Below, piece by piece: positions 15,001 to 20,900 of a DNA stretch of 64,000 nucleotides; the stretch's first letter is position 1, and every line of letters starts with the position of its first letter. The position numbers and the translations under genes are program-made. The notes under the pieces were generated by a model. That model ran no database searches, was not told the DNA's origin, and was given only the letters and a program-made list of their open reading frames with translations. Location: NCBI GenBank assembly GCA_965202665.1, contig OZ241841.1, positions 1,152,001-1,216,000 on the forward strand. Reading direction: 5' to 3'. Origin of the DNA: Candidatus Spongiisociaceae bacterium. GTDB lineage: Bacteria > Actinomycetota > Acidimicrobiia > Spongiisociales > Spongiisociaceae.

Positions 15001-18000
15001 ACCAACTCGGCCGTAACCTCCATCAACTCCGTGTCCCCCTCCGCCAAGCTGTCCGAGGTCAGCCGCAACGCCACCCCCCGCCGGCAACCCGCCACCCCCT
15101 CCGCCTCGTCATAACCGGGCAACGTCGTCCCCGAACCCAACCCGGCGGGCAGAGAACCGGTCAAGCCGTTGCCGCAGAACCCGAACTCAGCCAGAGAAGA
15201 CAGGCCTCCCAACCCGGCGGGGATGGAACCGGTCAGGCGGTTGCCGCTCACATCCAATGCGGCCAGGGCGCTCAGCGAGCCGAGAGAAGACGGAATCTGG
15301 CCGGTGAACCCGTTGTCGCTCAAGTCCAAGCCGGTTAGGGAAGTCAAAGAACCCAACGCAGAGGGGATGCTCCCCGACAGGCGGTTGCCGCCCAAATCCA
15401 AACTCGTCAAAGAAGACAAACCGCCCAAACCCACCCCCGACAACCCGCCGCTCAACCGGTTGCCGCCCAAATCCAAACTCGTCAAAGCCGTCAACCCGCT
15501 CAAAGACGGAATCGCATCCGACAAGCGGTTCCCGCCCAAATCCAAACTCGTCAAAGAAGACAAAGCATTCAACGCCGGAATCTCACCCGACAACCTATTC
15601 CCACCCAAATCCAAACTCGTCAAAGAAGACAAAGCATTCAACGCCGGAATCTCACCCGACAACCTATTCCCACCCAAATCCAAACTCGTCAAAGAAGACA
15701 AAGCATTCAACGCCGGAATCTCACCCGACAACCTATTCCCACCCAAATCCAAACTCGTCAACCCCGACAAAGAACCTATCTCGCTCGGGACGCTGCCCGC
15801 CAAAGCCGCGTCCGACAGATCCAATCCGGTAACCCTCCCGCCGGCCGTCGTCACCCCCGGCCAAGAATCCACCAGCCCGCTCCCCCACAAACGCAACGAA
15901 TGATCGGCGGGGAGTCCTGCGTTGTCCGGATTGCCCAGCCAATGATTGCGGATCGCTACCAGCTGTCGGCAGTCGCCGACCAACGCCGCGGCCGAGCCGG
16001 GGCTGGTCACCCAAGTCCCGTCCGAACAATTGCCGGAACCCAAAGCGGCCGCCTCCCCGTCGTTGCCCAAAATGGTCACCGTCGCCGGGGACACCACCCG
16101 GCCCGCCGCCACGCCCGCAATGGTTATGGACTCGGCCCCCTCCGCCTCCGAATCGTCGTTCACCGTAAAATTAAGAGAGACCGAACCGCCGTCCTGCCCC
16201 GCCGGAATGGTGATCCGAAACGGGTTGGGACGAGCCACCGTGAAATCCTTGCCCTCCCCCTCCTCCGCCTGGCCCGAGCCGGAACCACCGGTCGCCGTCA
16301 GCTCCACCACCACCGGCGAATCCGCCGGAGCGGACTCCCCCACCGGCAAAGTGGCGGTGACGACAACCGAAGTCTGGGCGGAATCCTCCTCCAGCGCCGC
16401 CGGGGCGGCCGACAAAGCCACCACCGAATCATCATCGTACAAGGCGACGGAAACCGGGATTACGCCGAAGGTAGCGGCCGAACCGGAAAAGGTCACCGCC
16501 TCCAAACTTTCCCGGCTCCGGTCATCCACCGGGGACAAAATCAAATCCAAAGAACCGCTTCTTTGCCCGGCCGGGATGGTGACCGTGAAAGGCCCCGTCC
16601 CGCCTTCGCCGTCCGTCAACGTGAAATCCGACCCGGGGGTGGCCGAACTGTCGGCGGTGGACAAGGAAACCGTCACCGCCGACTGCGACCGTTCCACGCC
16701 CTCCCGCAAAGCGGCGGTTACCGTTAAGGGCGTCGGCCCATCGTCTTCCGTCGCCGACGGCTGGCTCGCCGACAGCACGATGTCCGCTCCGTCGTCGTCC
16801 GCGATGGTCACCGACGGGTCGCCCGCCGCCAGGGCGGAAGTCGTTATCCCGCCGCGGGTGAAAGTGTAAACCGGGGAGAAAGGCTCGAAAGGCTCCGCCA
16901 CTCGGATAAACAGCCTTTCATTGCCCTCCGACGCCTCGTCATCGGCGACAGTCAGGTTGAAAGAAGCCGAACCCTCGTTGGCCCCGGCGGGAATGGTGAT
17001 CGTGAAATGCCTAGGCGAAGCCGTGAAATCGGATCTGCCGGCGGTGTCCTCCTTCACCGACACCGGAACCGTGAGGGGCGTAACCCGCACCGGCTCGCCC
17101 GGCAAGGTCACCCCCGGCGCCGAACCGGGCAGATAGGCGGTGACCGTCACCTTGGTGGTTCGGGAAGCCGCCCCGGAACCGCTGTCCTCGCTGATCCGAT
17201 ACGGATCCACCAAAAAGTTGATGCGCTGATCGTCATCGTTGATAACCACCGCAATAGTGGAAGTCTCCAAACCCGGCGCCGCCGCCGACGCCTCGAAAAA
17301 CTCATACCCCTCCGCCAAATCGTCCTCGATCAGCGTCACATCCAAAGAACCGGAAACGGTGCGGGTGTTCTGGGGCAAAGTAATCACCCGCCGGTTGGCA
17401 GCCGAGAAATCGCTCCCCCAAGTCGCCGTGCCGCTCGCCACCGAGACAGTAATCTCCGTGTCCTGCGCCAGCAGGGCTACCCCCGACGCCAAACCCACCT
17501 CGTAACTCAACTGAACCGAACCCGCCGCCTCGTTCAAAAACAGCGGGGTGATTGAGAAAAACAACTCATCGTCGTTGTCGATGATAAGGACTTCGGTGGC
17601 GTGCACCGCAAACCCGGTCAGGCCGCTGTCCGTCTCCGGCGGGATGGAACCGGTAGCCGGGCCGGGGGAGGCCGTCGTCTCATGTCCGATGATCCGCACC
17701 CGCTCATCCCCCTCCGCCAACGCGTCATCCACCACCGCCAAATTGAAGGAACCCGACGCCCTGACCGCGTTGGCGGGAATGGTGATGTTGAAATTTTCCA
17801 CCGCCGCGTAGTCGTCCGGGGCCGTTGCGTAACCGGCGTGGTTCGCCAACCCCACCGACACGGTAACCGGATCGGCGCGGGAAGCCCCGTCCGCGTATTC
17901 GGCGGTAACCGTCACTCTGGTGGTTCCGCTGTCCTCCCCCACCCGCGACACATCCGCCTGCAAATCAATAGCCGGGTCCTCTGCGGCAACCGGATCGTCG

Positions 18001-20471
18001 TCGGCGATGGAAATGAACGAAGGGGCGATGCTGAAACCGGTCGCCGAAGCGGACACTTTGATGGTCTCATCATCGTTGTCGGCGTCGGAAGCGGTGACCA
18101 GCGTGAACTCTTTGCTCGCCCCCGTTGATGAGGTAAACGGAGCGGACGGGCTGGCCGTAATTTCGATGGTGGCGGACGCCGGCGTGAAATCCGCCCCCTC
18201 CGCCGAACCCCCCGCCGTTGTTCCGTCCGCCGCCAAAGACACCGCCACCGAAACGTTTTCGGTAATCGGATCCGCCCCCGCCGGCAACGTGGCCGTCGCC
18301 GTCAAAGTGGTGGTGGAACCTTCCGTCACCCGGGATGGGGAAACCGCCACCTGCAACGTGCGGGGAGTGGGCGTCGGGGTGGTGGAAACGCCGGGGTCGG
18401 TTATAGCCACCGCGATCGGAGCGGCGAAGCGGAAAACGGATACGGGCGTGAAAGTGTCCGCCTCCATCGTCTCCCCCGGGTTGTCCGGGTCGGGCACGTC
18501 CGCATCCCGTTGCGAAACCGAAATCACCCCCAACTCCACGTTCTCCCCCGCCTCGGCCGCCTCGTCCGCCCACGAAGTCAGGGTGAAAGCGGCCGAACCG
18601 CTGCGGGAACCGCCTTCGATGTCAACATCAAAATCGGCCACCGTCTGGTAATCCGCCCCCGGCGCATCGGAGTCCGCCCCCGCCGTCGCCGTAGAAGAAC
18701 CCAACACTCCCACCCGCACCCGCAAATCCTGGGTCAGAGGGTCGGTTCCGGAAGGCAGGGAAGCGGTAACCTCCACTTCGGCCGCCTCCCCTTCCGCCAC
18801 CGACGTCGTATCAGCCGACAAAGAAATCAGGTTGTCGTCGTCCAGGATGGACAGGTAAGCGGAATAGACGTCGAACCGATCCGTTGTCCCGTGCACCGCC
18901 ACCCGTTGCCGAACCTCCGGTATCGCATCATCGACGGGGGTGAAAGTGAACTGGCCGGTGCCGGAACGGGCGTGATCGGGGATGGTGATGGTGAACCCGG
19001 GCACCTCCGCAAACTCCCCGCTCTCCGCCGCCACGGTTACCGCCACCGCGGTGGCCGTCGTTTCAACTCGGCCCTCCGGCAGGGAAGCGGTCACGGTGAT
19101 GGTATGCGACAAATTGCCCTCTTCCGCCTCGCTGCCTTCCGTCACCTCCGTCTTGTCCAAGGAGAGACGGATGGCGGAGTCGTCGTCGAGGATGGTGAGG
19201 GTTGCGGAATTGACGGGCAACTTCGGGTAGGCGTCGCCCCCTACGGTTGTGGCCCGGGTGAACCCGGTCACGGTCAAAGTCTTATCCGAATGGGCATCCG
19301 TGTTGCTGGTGATGGGAAGGTTGAAGGTGGCGGAACCCTGTTGGCGATAGGCGGGGATGGTGACGGTAAACGGGGAGGGGATGACGTAATCGGTTCCGCC
19401 CACCGCCGTGTCGCCGTCCGCCCCCACCCGAACGGTTACCTCGGTGGCGACCGGGCGCCGCTGCTGCCTTTCCGGAAAAGCGGCGGTCACTTGCACCGCC
19501 GCCGTCCCCGCCTCCTCCTCCACCGTCGCCTGATCCAAGCTCAGGTTGACGGAGACCGGAGCGGTAATGTCGCCTTCGTCATCCGCAATCGTCACCGCCG
19601 TCCCGGTGACGGTACCGCTCCCCAGCCCGGAGTCGGCGACGCTTCCGGAAACCGTCGCCGACCGGTCGGCCGCCTGCAGGGTGAAATCGTCAACCGGGGT
19701 TAAATCGAATTTGGCGGTACCGCTGGTCTGGCCCGCCGGGATGGTAATGCTCAACTCAGAATCGTCCACCGTCTGGAAATGGGTTCCTTCCGTGGTGCCC
19801 GCCCCCGCCCCCACGCTCAAATCCACGGTCAGCGCATTTGGGCCGGCATGATGGAGTTCGGCGGTGACCGTCACCTCCTCCGTACCGCCTTCCTCCGCAA
19901 CCTCGTCCGGCGAAACGCTGAGGGACGCGCTGTTGTCTTGGTCCACGATCGTAACCAACAGGGGCTCAACCGACACGGAGGACGCGCTGTGGGAGCCGAC
20001 CACTCGGAAAACCTCCGGACCCTCCACCAAAGTGTCTGCCAACGGTTGATAAGAAACTACGGTATTCCTCTTCGTGCCTACCCCCTCAGTCCCATCCAAA
20101 GTAACAGTGGCGACCGTACCGGCAACCCTGTAATCTCCGGTAAAACTAATTGCCGTGGCAGCAGGCAGGGAAGAAAGCAAACCTCCGCCATCCGCGAGAG
20201 TGAGGGTAAGCGTTCCCGCCGGCACTCCGCCCGGCAACTCAACTTCGATTGGCAGTTCGAGGATGGGGCCGCCAGTTGCCGGCTCCGACACTGAAATCTG
20301 CTTGGCATAGACCCCGCCCGTCGCGGTGGTGGGTCGGAAACGCAGGGTTATCTGTCCGGGGGACTGCGCCTGCGCCGAAGGGTGGGGCAGGGCGGGGAAC
20401 AGCGAAACCACCAAGCCGAGCACGACCAACAAGGCAAGCCAGCGAATTCCAGGTTTGACGCCGATGGTCAT
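1..20471 (-). CDS. Giant secreted repeat protein (>6,800 aa, 3' end outside window): Calx-beta/Ig-like repeats with four LRR cassettes
   Basis: ATG at 20471 gives MTIGVKPGIRWLALLVVLGLVVSLFPALPHPSAQA-QSPGQ (signal peptide); in-frame TAG lies just upstream at 20496-20498. The same frame reads as repeat protein at every point spot-translated down to base 1. No ORF-track entry ends in this frame, implying no internal stop. Repeats resemble VTVTA..DY..TITIPAG..SG..F.L...DD..EG.E. Confidence 0.9.
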   Translation of the reverse strand, partial: MTIGVKPGIRWLALLVVLGLVVSLFPALPHPSAQAQSPGQITLRFRPTTATGGVYAKQISVSEPATGGPILELPIEVELPGGVPAGTLTLTLADGGGLLSSLPAATAISFTGDYRVAGTVATVTLDGTEGVGTKRNTVVSYQPLADTLVEGPEVFRVVGSHSASSVSVEPLLVTIVDQDNSASLSVSPDEVAEEGGTEEVTVTAELHHAGPNALTVDLSVGAGAGTTEGTHFQTVDDSELSITIPAGQTSGTAKFDLTPVDDFTLQAADRSATVSGSVADSGLGSGTVTGTAVTIADDEGDITAPVSVNLSLDQATVEEEAGTAAVQVTAAFPERQQRRPVATEVTVRVGADGDTAVGGTDYVIPSPFTVTIPAYRQQGSATFNLPITSNTDAHSDKTLTVTGFTRATTVGGDAYPKLPVNSATLTILDDDSAIRLSLDKTEVTEGSEAEEGNLSHTITVTASLPEGRVETTATAVAVTVAAESGEFAEVPGFTITIPDHARSGTGQFTFTPVDDAIPEVRQRVAVHGTTDRFDVYSAYLSILDDDNLISLSADTTSVAEGEAAEVEVTASLPSGTDPLTQDLRVRVGVLGSSTATAGADSDAPGADYQTVADFDVDIEGGSRSGSAAFTLTSWADEAAEAGENVELGVISVSQRDADVPDPDNPGETMEADTFTPVSVFRFAAPIAVAITDPGVSTTPTPTPRTLQVAVSPSRVTEGSTTTLTATATLPAGADPITENVSVAVSLAADGTTAGGSAEGADFTPASATIEITASPSAPFTSSTGASKEFTLVTASDADNDDETIKVSASATGFSIAPSFISIADDDPVAAEDPAIDLQADVSRVGEDSGTTRVTVTAEYADGASRADPVTVSVGLANHAGYATAPDDYAAVENFNITIPANAVRASGSFNLAVVDDALAEGDERVRIIGHETTASPGPATGSIPPETDSGLTGFAVHATEVLIIDNDDELFFSITPLFLNEAAGSVQLSYEVGLASGVALLAQDTEITVSVASGTATWGSDFSAANRRVITLPQNTRTVSGSLDVTLIEDDLAEGYEFFEASAAAPGLETSTIAVVINDDDQRINFLVDPYRISEDSGSGAASRTTKVTVTAYLPGSAPGVTLPGEPVRVTPLTVPVSVKEDTAGRSDFTASPRHFTITIPAGANEGSASFNLTVADDEASEGNERLFIRVAEPFEPFSPVYTFTRGGITTSALAAGDPSVTIADDDGADIVLSASQPSATEDDGPTPLTVTAALREGVERSQSAVTVSLSTADSSATPGSDFTLTDGEGGTGPFTVTIPAGQRSGSLDLILSPVDDRSRESLEAVTFSGSAATFGVIPVSVALYDDDSVVALSAAPAALEEDSAQTSVVVTATLPVGESAPADSPVVVELTATGGSGSGQAEEGEGKDFTVARPNPFRITIPAGQDGGSVSLNFTVNDDSEAEGAESITIAGVAAGRVVSPATVTILGNDGEAAALGSGNCSDGTWVTSPGSAAALVGDCRQLVAIRNHWLGNPDNAGLPADHSLRLWGSGLVDSWPGVTTAGGRVTGLDLSDAALAGSVPSEIGSLSGLTSLDLGGNRLSGEIPALNALSSLTSLDLGGNRLSGEIPALNALSSLTSLDLGGNRLSGEIPALNALSSLTSLDLGGNRLSDAIPSLSGLTALTSLDLGGNRLSGGLSGVGLGGLSSLTSLDLGGNRLSGSIPSALGSLTSLTGLDLSDNGFTGQIPSSLGSLSALAALDVSGNRLTGSIPAGLGGLSSLAEFGFCGNGLTGSLPAGLGSGTTLPGYDEAEGVAGCRRGVALRLTSDSLAEGDTELMEVTAELVGFGGAGEPGLPGTDTVVTVSVAGGTAAAADYQGRGESGAVDNFTVTIPAGSASGKGSFWLTGAPDALFEGSEFANVSGVSAGLLVFGEQLFVLDEDSRVQLRVSPGSVNEGVSATVTVTAELVGFGGAGKPAAPTEDVAVPVSVAGGSAGVSVTGGVAGPGDYKAVPDFTVTIPAGSTSGTGAFRLETVDDSLRERDEWLAVVGPADGVAVAGGRLQATHDAGTLVRVLDDEQWVWFALPRNFVREGEDFNPFITGGLFGFGGPGQPAYPGFTHVRWSVADSADVHGWSGNTQYFGTTRNWAAGTRVRIRAKQDELFEGPEVVTITGEARFSAGPWMRVVEPVEVTVVDRESRVELSVSPSLVAEGDDETRISVSATLAGFGGPGQPARPEGDIVVPVSVGGGSATAGSDFATVPNFTITIPAGKLAGSGVFVLSVTDDATWEGLESAQVGSPQGVAIGSWGVLGVSEAEVAIEDNETGKAVELSITPSRVAEGGSETITVGATLPDGQETSPVTLSLNLADGSALASANDYTALTGNVDLTIASGQTIGATTVTVAVPQDADIEREKTVLLRVVTPPTGFKVYPSEFAITIVDDDSSITPLDSALCADGTFVEDTSNTLLIADCRALVGIRNHFTNNPLNGNLPVDIPYTPDDPSTPNVDETQGTKNIDETHVLRAWGAIGYAPWSPPVLSATRLSESVLESRFGTRDIRIWPGVTLERVGGVLRVTGLNLRNQGLEGLVPVDSITVTCQNPDQSDLIFLPNCSPQLGFYYTATRAVPILPSTEVEANRISGTVPAQIGDLSALTSLDLGGNRLTGSLPSGVLRSGLTKLDLSDNYLSLRSLDVTQMTGLVELRVGGNSLTSWPTGLDVNISGVVLSNPPTDRQNEELARRRALDANLSVIDLSDTGLTGAFPSEVISFTNLTHLDLSGNGFTGSVPNFSPTILTFLDLSGNQLSGPLPGFLDSLTKLSHLDLSGNGFTGSVPEFRSTDLTFLDLSGNQLSDHLPGLLGSLTKLEKLDLSDNQLTGGFPWNFSPLTDNGRRNGLWSLTDLDLSGNKLTGTVPSWVGKFAGLERLDLSGNNFSGNLPRLTGLADLAYLNLSNNRLTGSFPASLGSLDLITLDLSGNRLRGPLPASLDGWDGLTMLDLGGNRLTGSIPAALGGFTGLTMLDLGGNQFTGSIPAALTSLADLRVLDLGGNRLTGAIPADIGDLSRLEKLMLGDNGLTGGIPTSLIRVRGLTHLDLGGNPNFYPAGLAQWPSALDEITYLDLNGIGLTTAFPTGLEVLEDIAYLDLSGNRLTGSLPTSLGSLTKLETLLVSGNLLTGPFPAALVSLSATAGGSLSRFGFCGNGITGPVPALLLSEVELVGLPSGARRAEACAQGVVLTVSPAVVGEEDGLTEVTVTATRPEYGGSGGNLSERDTTVSLTVGATGDSATANTDYTATAEGGLSNLAIVIPAGKRSSSVALQLTPTDDSASESVEFLSVVGESGSLPIVSARIGIVDDESTPTGVTWILSPTSVQESPSDIEVKVTASLTGGARTGATAVRFKVGDADDPATMNVVERDTAQAGTDYQPVADFSVIIPAGETQGSSVFSLSGTADQLDETGAGASETITVKIVQPEGLTVSPASRTVTLTDADETPQRVALAVDLDPDISGAQTFAAEDVGARTVTVTAAFPDDAVPVSSRTVVDVAIGEQATLASTATRGQDYQAVATLRIVIPAGQRSGSAAFALNVIDDETPGEGSETVSLVGTVAGGSYTVDNTFFTITDNDKGITLTVSPNQAGEGDSVSATVTAEYAAGVTTPADPVTVTVTVGKTDDTATRSRADDPDTAEVDEAVAGDYTAPETVTITIPANTRSATADLAIAVDNDRTTEDAETITLTGSAGEGSGYAVQPATFTIPASDPAPTAIDLSLSPATVAESPDGSRSVIITLRAAFAGDSKARDQDTVINASVGAVAGDTATPRVDFQPRNNLAVTIPAGSRSASVRFGLVISSDTAGEGAETLTVSGQAAGLTVNPVKLTITDPTATLTVSPAVLTENSADNTQAITVTATLPAGVVAPAGGTTVTVSVAGGTGAGQAERGPAKDFTATAPAAISLAAGATTGTTTFSITVRPDTAAEGAETITVSGSLSGSLSSTTVTDAVVTIAGNDGALTALDPAACADGTYVDNPGSNALLVADCRALVAIRNHWLGNADNARPAAEGGLPADHPLRSWGSGDPAAKINITPGWPGVRATGTRVTRLSLQPRTTDEYLYGTIPTEIGLLTGLTSLNLTGNRLSGAIPSQIGSLTALTELHLGNNRLTGSIPSGITSLTGLVNLILSGNQLSGAIPSGITSLTSLSRLHLDNNRLSGSIPSGINSMTALHRLNLSSNQLTGSIPSVSATLTHLILSNNRLSGNIPTGINSWTGLEWLSLSNNRLTGSIPATITSLTSLRNLQIQNNRLTGSIPSQIGALTNLIQLKLENNRLTGNIPSGITSLTNLIILTLEGNGLTGSIPSGIGSLTRLNQLSLQYNDLSGEIPAGVVDLANLTWLTLHNNDLSGEIPVRLGNIPRLSTLVLSGNQLTGTIPSTLGNLSNLALLYLHDNRLTGSIPASLGRLTNLQRLHLDDNQLSGTIPSSLGELAYSPYRTGGALRWFSFCGNNLSGNLPSDLLSEWVRVEDSTADAGFIYGPFSPRLRSVADCRRAVQLSVDPQTAAENAAPDPVITVTASLVGFSGAGQPALPTSATTVTVNPSGGSAAAPGDYAAVDPFEIVIPAGQTSAKATFTLNLENDAIAEADETLRITGSVDDIAVVGTSFVITDDDGSAPTTASLTVSPATVTEGSTTNITVTAAFPADSATRSSDTSISLTLSNGTAMAGTDFTTVTGQRITIPQGSRTGSVSFNLTTAENSAAAADKNFTITGTLASFTISPATVTIANNDAHAPLDWNICNTTAVVGSSPSRTRVSQCEALVSIRNHWTGNLANAGLPSTHKLLRWGTGTTEALGSWPGVTLTGDWVTTLDLSNASVGASSIAGTIPSYFTHLASLTNLNLQYNRLTGDIPINLPRSLVQLRLNNNDLTGTIPVALGGLSRLNYLDISNNRLTGNIPAELVNTALDDGTASNRLLICENGFTGPIPSSLRNMQLLGYSASQSTTYNAVISEVSDSACLDENDAVTLSVSPSTISEGVSTMATVTAQLGGGNTASPGGLVVRVSTFTGSGTGDATSGTDFTPASVDLVIPAGASRASAQMNLSVLDDVTQESLERFSIMGTSDSHKVIGATVTIPANDQNAVGIREMEWSLDKYRVTEGEADATHTFTLTLSVPDDRRPYASDYSIAFGVTQSHDTLTHQSDYSSWSATPHNFVTLPANQRSVTVSIVLNLKADNLAEGDETFSIYHYITHRTSPPLMTTPTSAYLPELTITVADSPADSVVTLVADTSSASGIQTTAVEQAMAHSVSVTASLPSGVTAQRPLAIPLTVSPGTAQAADFTASAPGSITIAAGQSSGTASFNLTASTDSDQLEPDETVIVSGSAANFTVNPATITIPAFDKIISVGLSAESEEARSNRPWITVGRAQTENGNTVASNVTVSTNAVVPTGRTVMSSFTIATNQNRSSTRHAVPIRSGNDPQPNFNDQVVNTVPRNVMLTGTATGGYVVRPASAPIGDDEWSRRPTGIELTADVTELNENDVVNTAVTVTASLVRDGGSPAGLDVDVEVPLEVRSGTAFAGSDFQVVDADGDPAPSTAAITITSGQTSGTAVIHIKPIRDKVLEGDESLWIRAVSTPGPFGEFEFRDDIDPLQVTVTDYSRIFLTFSQLSVTTLQPSVTEGNGPEAIAVTAFLPAGTPVLDRDLEVRNLRLISVIASSSDYTLASPITLTIPAGQRRSASKQMTVQAVDDNIPEDGESLQFVAAVSSGYRLGDFFLTINDNDRTLDREGNPISRGPPGVRLTLSPETVSEGDEPQQVTVTAQLGTWTAAATTATYTDQGGNQQSATCADPDEFGAVHCSYTIGAGAQARVTQVSNQPSFTAFTAGLPRDLAVRVELKAAAARSGLVPAGVGSDFTVPLPVVITIPAGQTQASADFLLDVKKDGLSEPSETIKVDGTALDPPTGFSLFDKPMFIEANRGPTFTLSVAPITVSEGAGTATVQVNATVDKVAQEGYQVPAPDVDNADGDGNPDTNPKCDNAQQGSSFVYVTYDPGPDGDLLTDDDLTRCVEFRTRQVTVPGAVPDVDTPIRVSVGTEGDTAVEGTDYTAVPDFTFVFPAGRRTASTTFSLPVIDDRLPEESDKLLTITGSDPLTGSSPDYIPQSIINNGTLSIIDDDDLAVNLKVDTASVEEDSGTTAVGVTVSLAGGAVLSSPIGVAVRVRGADETACTADEDAGRLHCPSQAGQALARTDYANVSDFTLTIPAGQNAVTGSFNLTVTDDRLVEGAERVVVSAGFRDQIVTHNLVINDNDDPPTDLVLTLTPALLTADGVDVPEPEGWVGRTYLVTAAPPADQGFLTSTATVTLSVAGGTASANDFQVTYLPRNTLQVPAYTAQIGPAHQTIVSITVPSDANLEGPESLIISGTATGDLQVAPVTMTIVDDPRSPVDAVNITLDRSEVGEGDGTVPVTVTAQFYCQRAGACPTLAEDRTVALELSDQGRATEGVDFTLETATVTIPAGKHVGKTTVQLRVSDDRVVEGDESITVTGSIFGGYRVGKATLLIIDDEQAAGELDLRFSRGTVSEGDGRVPLVLTAGWPAGLSVTSDTEVTAVLNRGSAAAGIDYELLERERLTLTIPAGRSSVSVKAGELRLVDDQVAEEVETFEAFGFAQAAGDGDPVRYKVNPAVLRIADDDTVAVKLTVDQEYVLEGWDWEVNDRLEFDAEAEVAYVRSAQRHIVRSSFSTACRVTGVDDDNAPVFNENCTDDAFKQDALRDVPEISVTASLTGAEGADGVRDRDTVVRVAVGNEDDTATAGEDYIVYDGFQEDGFLYIIIPAGESAVSSSFRILTTDDNVAGETERSEVGSLPNGIPIMDISI
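5560..6215 (-). repeat. LRR cassette 4 within giant protein
   Basis: Cap CNTTAV..CEALVSIRNHWTGN..WPGVTLTGDWVTTLDL, LNLQYNRLTGDIP units, ICENGFTG C-cap. Confidence 0.85.
6950..8520 (-). repeat. LRR cassette 3 within giant protein
   Basis: Cap CADGTYV..LVADCRALVAIRNHWLGN, 24-aa LxxLxLxxNxLxGxIPxxIxxLT units, FCGN C-cap. Confidence 0.85.
10860..13185 (-). repeat. LRR cassette 2 (longest) within giant protein
   Basis: Cap CADGTFV..LIADCRALVGIRNHF, many LDLSGNxLTGxxP units, FCGN C-cap. Boundaries approximate. Confidence 0.85.
15090..16035 (-). repeat. LRR cassette 1 within giant protein
   Basis: Cap CSDGTWV..LVGDCRQLVAIRNHWLGN..WPGVTTAGGRVTGLDL, then LTSLDLGGNRLSGEIP repeats, C-cap FCGNGLTG..GY..CRR. 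Boundaries approximate. Confidence 0.85.
15532..15760 (-). repeat. Near-perfect 69-bp tandem repeat (about 3.3 copies) encoding a 23-aa LRR unit
   Basis: Unit ccacccaaatccaaactcgtcaaagaagacaaagcattcaacgccggaatctcacccgacaacctattc repeated head to tail. Confidence 0.9.
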
Positions 20472-20576
20472 CTGATTGGGACCCCAGGTGAATTTCTAAA
20501 TTTCATTGCTGTTGTATGTTGCCCTTTCACGGCGCGGCATCCCGCCCACGCGCACAGCGCAGACGGACGAGAGAGC

Positions 20577-20604
20577 AGTATACCCCCGCCGGCGCGCCGT
20601 GCAA
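20577..20604 (-). promoter_or_regulatory. Candidate proximal sigma70-type promoter of giant gene
   Basis: TTGCAC-16 nt-TATACT on minus strand. Confidence 0.5.
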
Positions 20605-20631
20605 GAATTTTCGTCAAGTTGTATTTCCGCC

Positions 20632-20661
20632 ATTCTATAGATTGGGGGGGGGGGGTTGCAA
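20632..20661 (-). promoter_or_regulatory. Candidate distal promoter with C12 homopolymer in the spacer
   Basis: TTGCAA-(C12 AATCTA, 18 nt)-TAGAAT on minus strand. Confidence 0.55.
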
Positions 20662-20769
20662 ATTTACCGCCGCCGCCCGCCCCCGCGCCGCCCCCTCAAG
20701 CCCCCGGAAGCGGGAGGGGGGCCGCCGGATTTTCGGAAACCGCGCTACGGCATATCGTAGTCCGCTGAC

Positions 20770-20900
20770 GCATTCCGCCCCACCCCCGCCCCTCGCCTTC
20801 CGCCCGGGTTTTCACCGCCCGTTCCAAGAACGCGAAAAAAATATCTAAAAACCGCAAATTGCCCCTTGTTTTTTCAAAAAAGTTCCTTAATATTGGAAGT
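20770..20900 (+). repeat. Duplicated upstream/promoter element, copy 1
   Basis: Aligns with 21883-22013 (cccgggttttcaccgccc..aagaacgcgaaaaaaatatcta..aaattgccccttgtttttt..aaaag..tatt..agtATG). Confidence 0.85.

Noticed and set aside
5560-16035. Diversity-generating retroelement acting on the LRRs
   Set aside because: No reverse transcriptase and no template/variable repeat pair with adenine-only differences was seen
159-20458. Dozens of plus-strand ORFs (e.g. 159-1850, 18510-19703)
   Set aside because: Antisense shadows of the giant minus-strand gene, with no recognisable motifs
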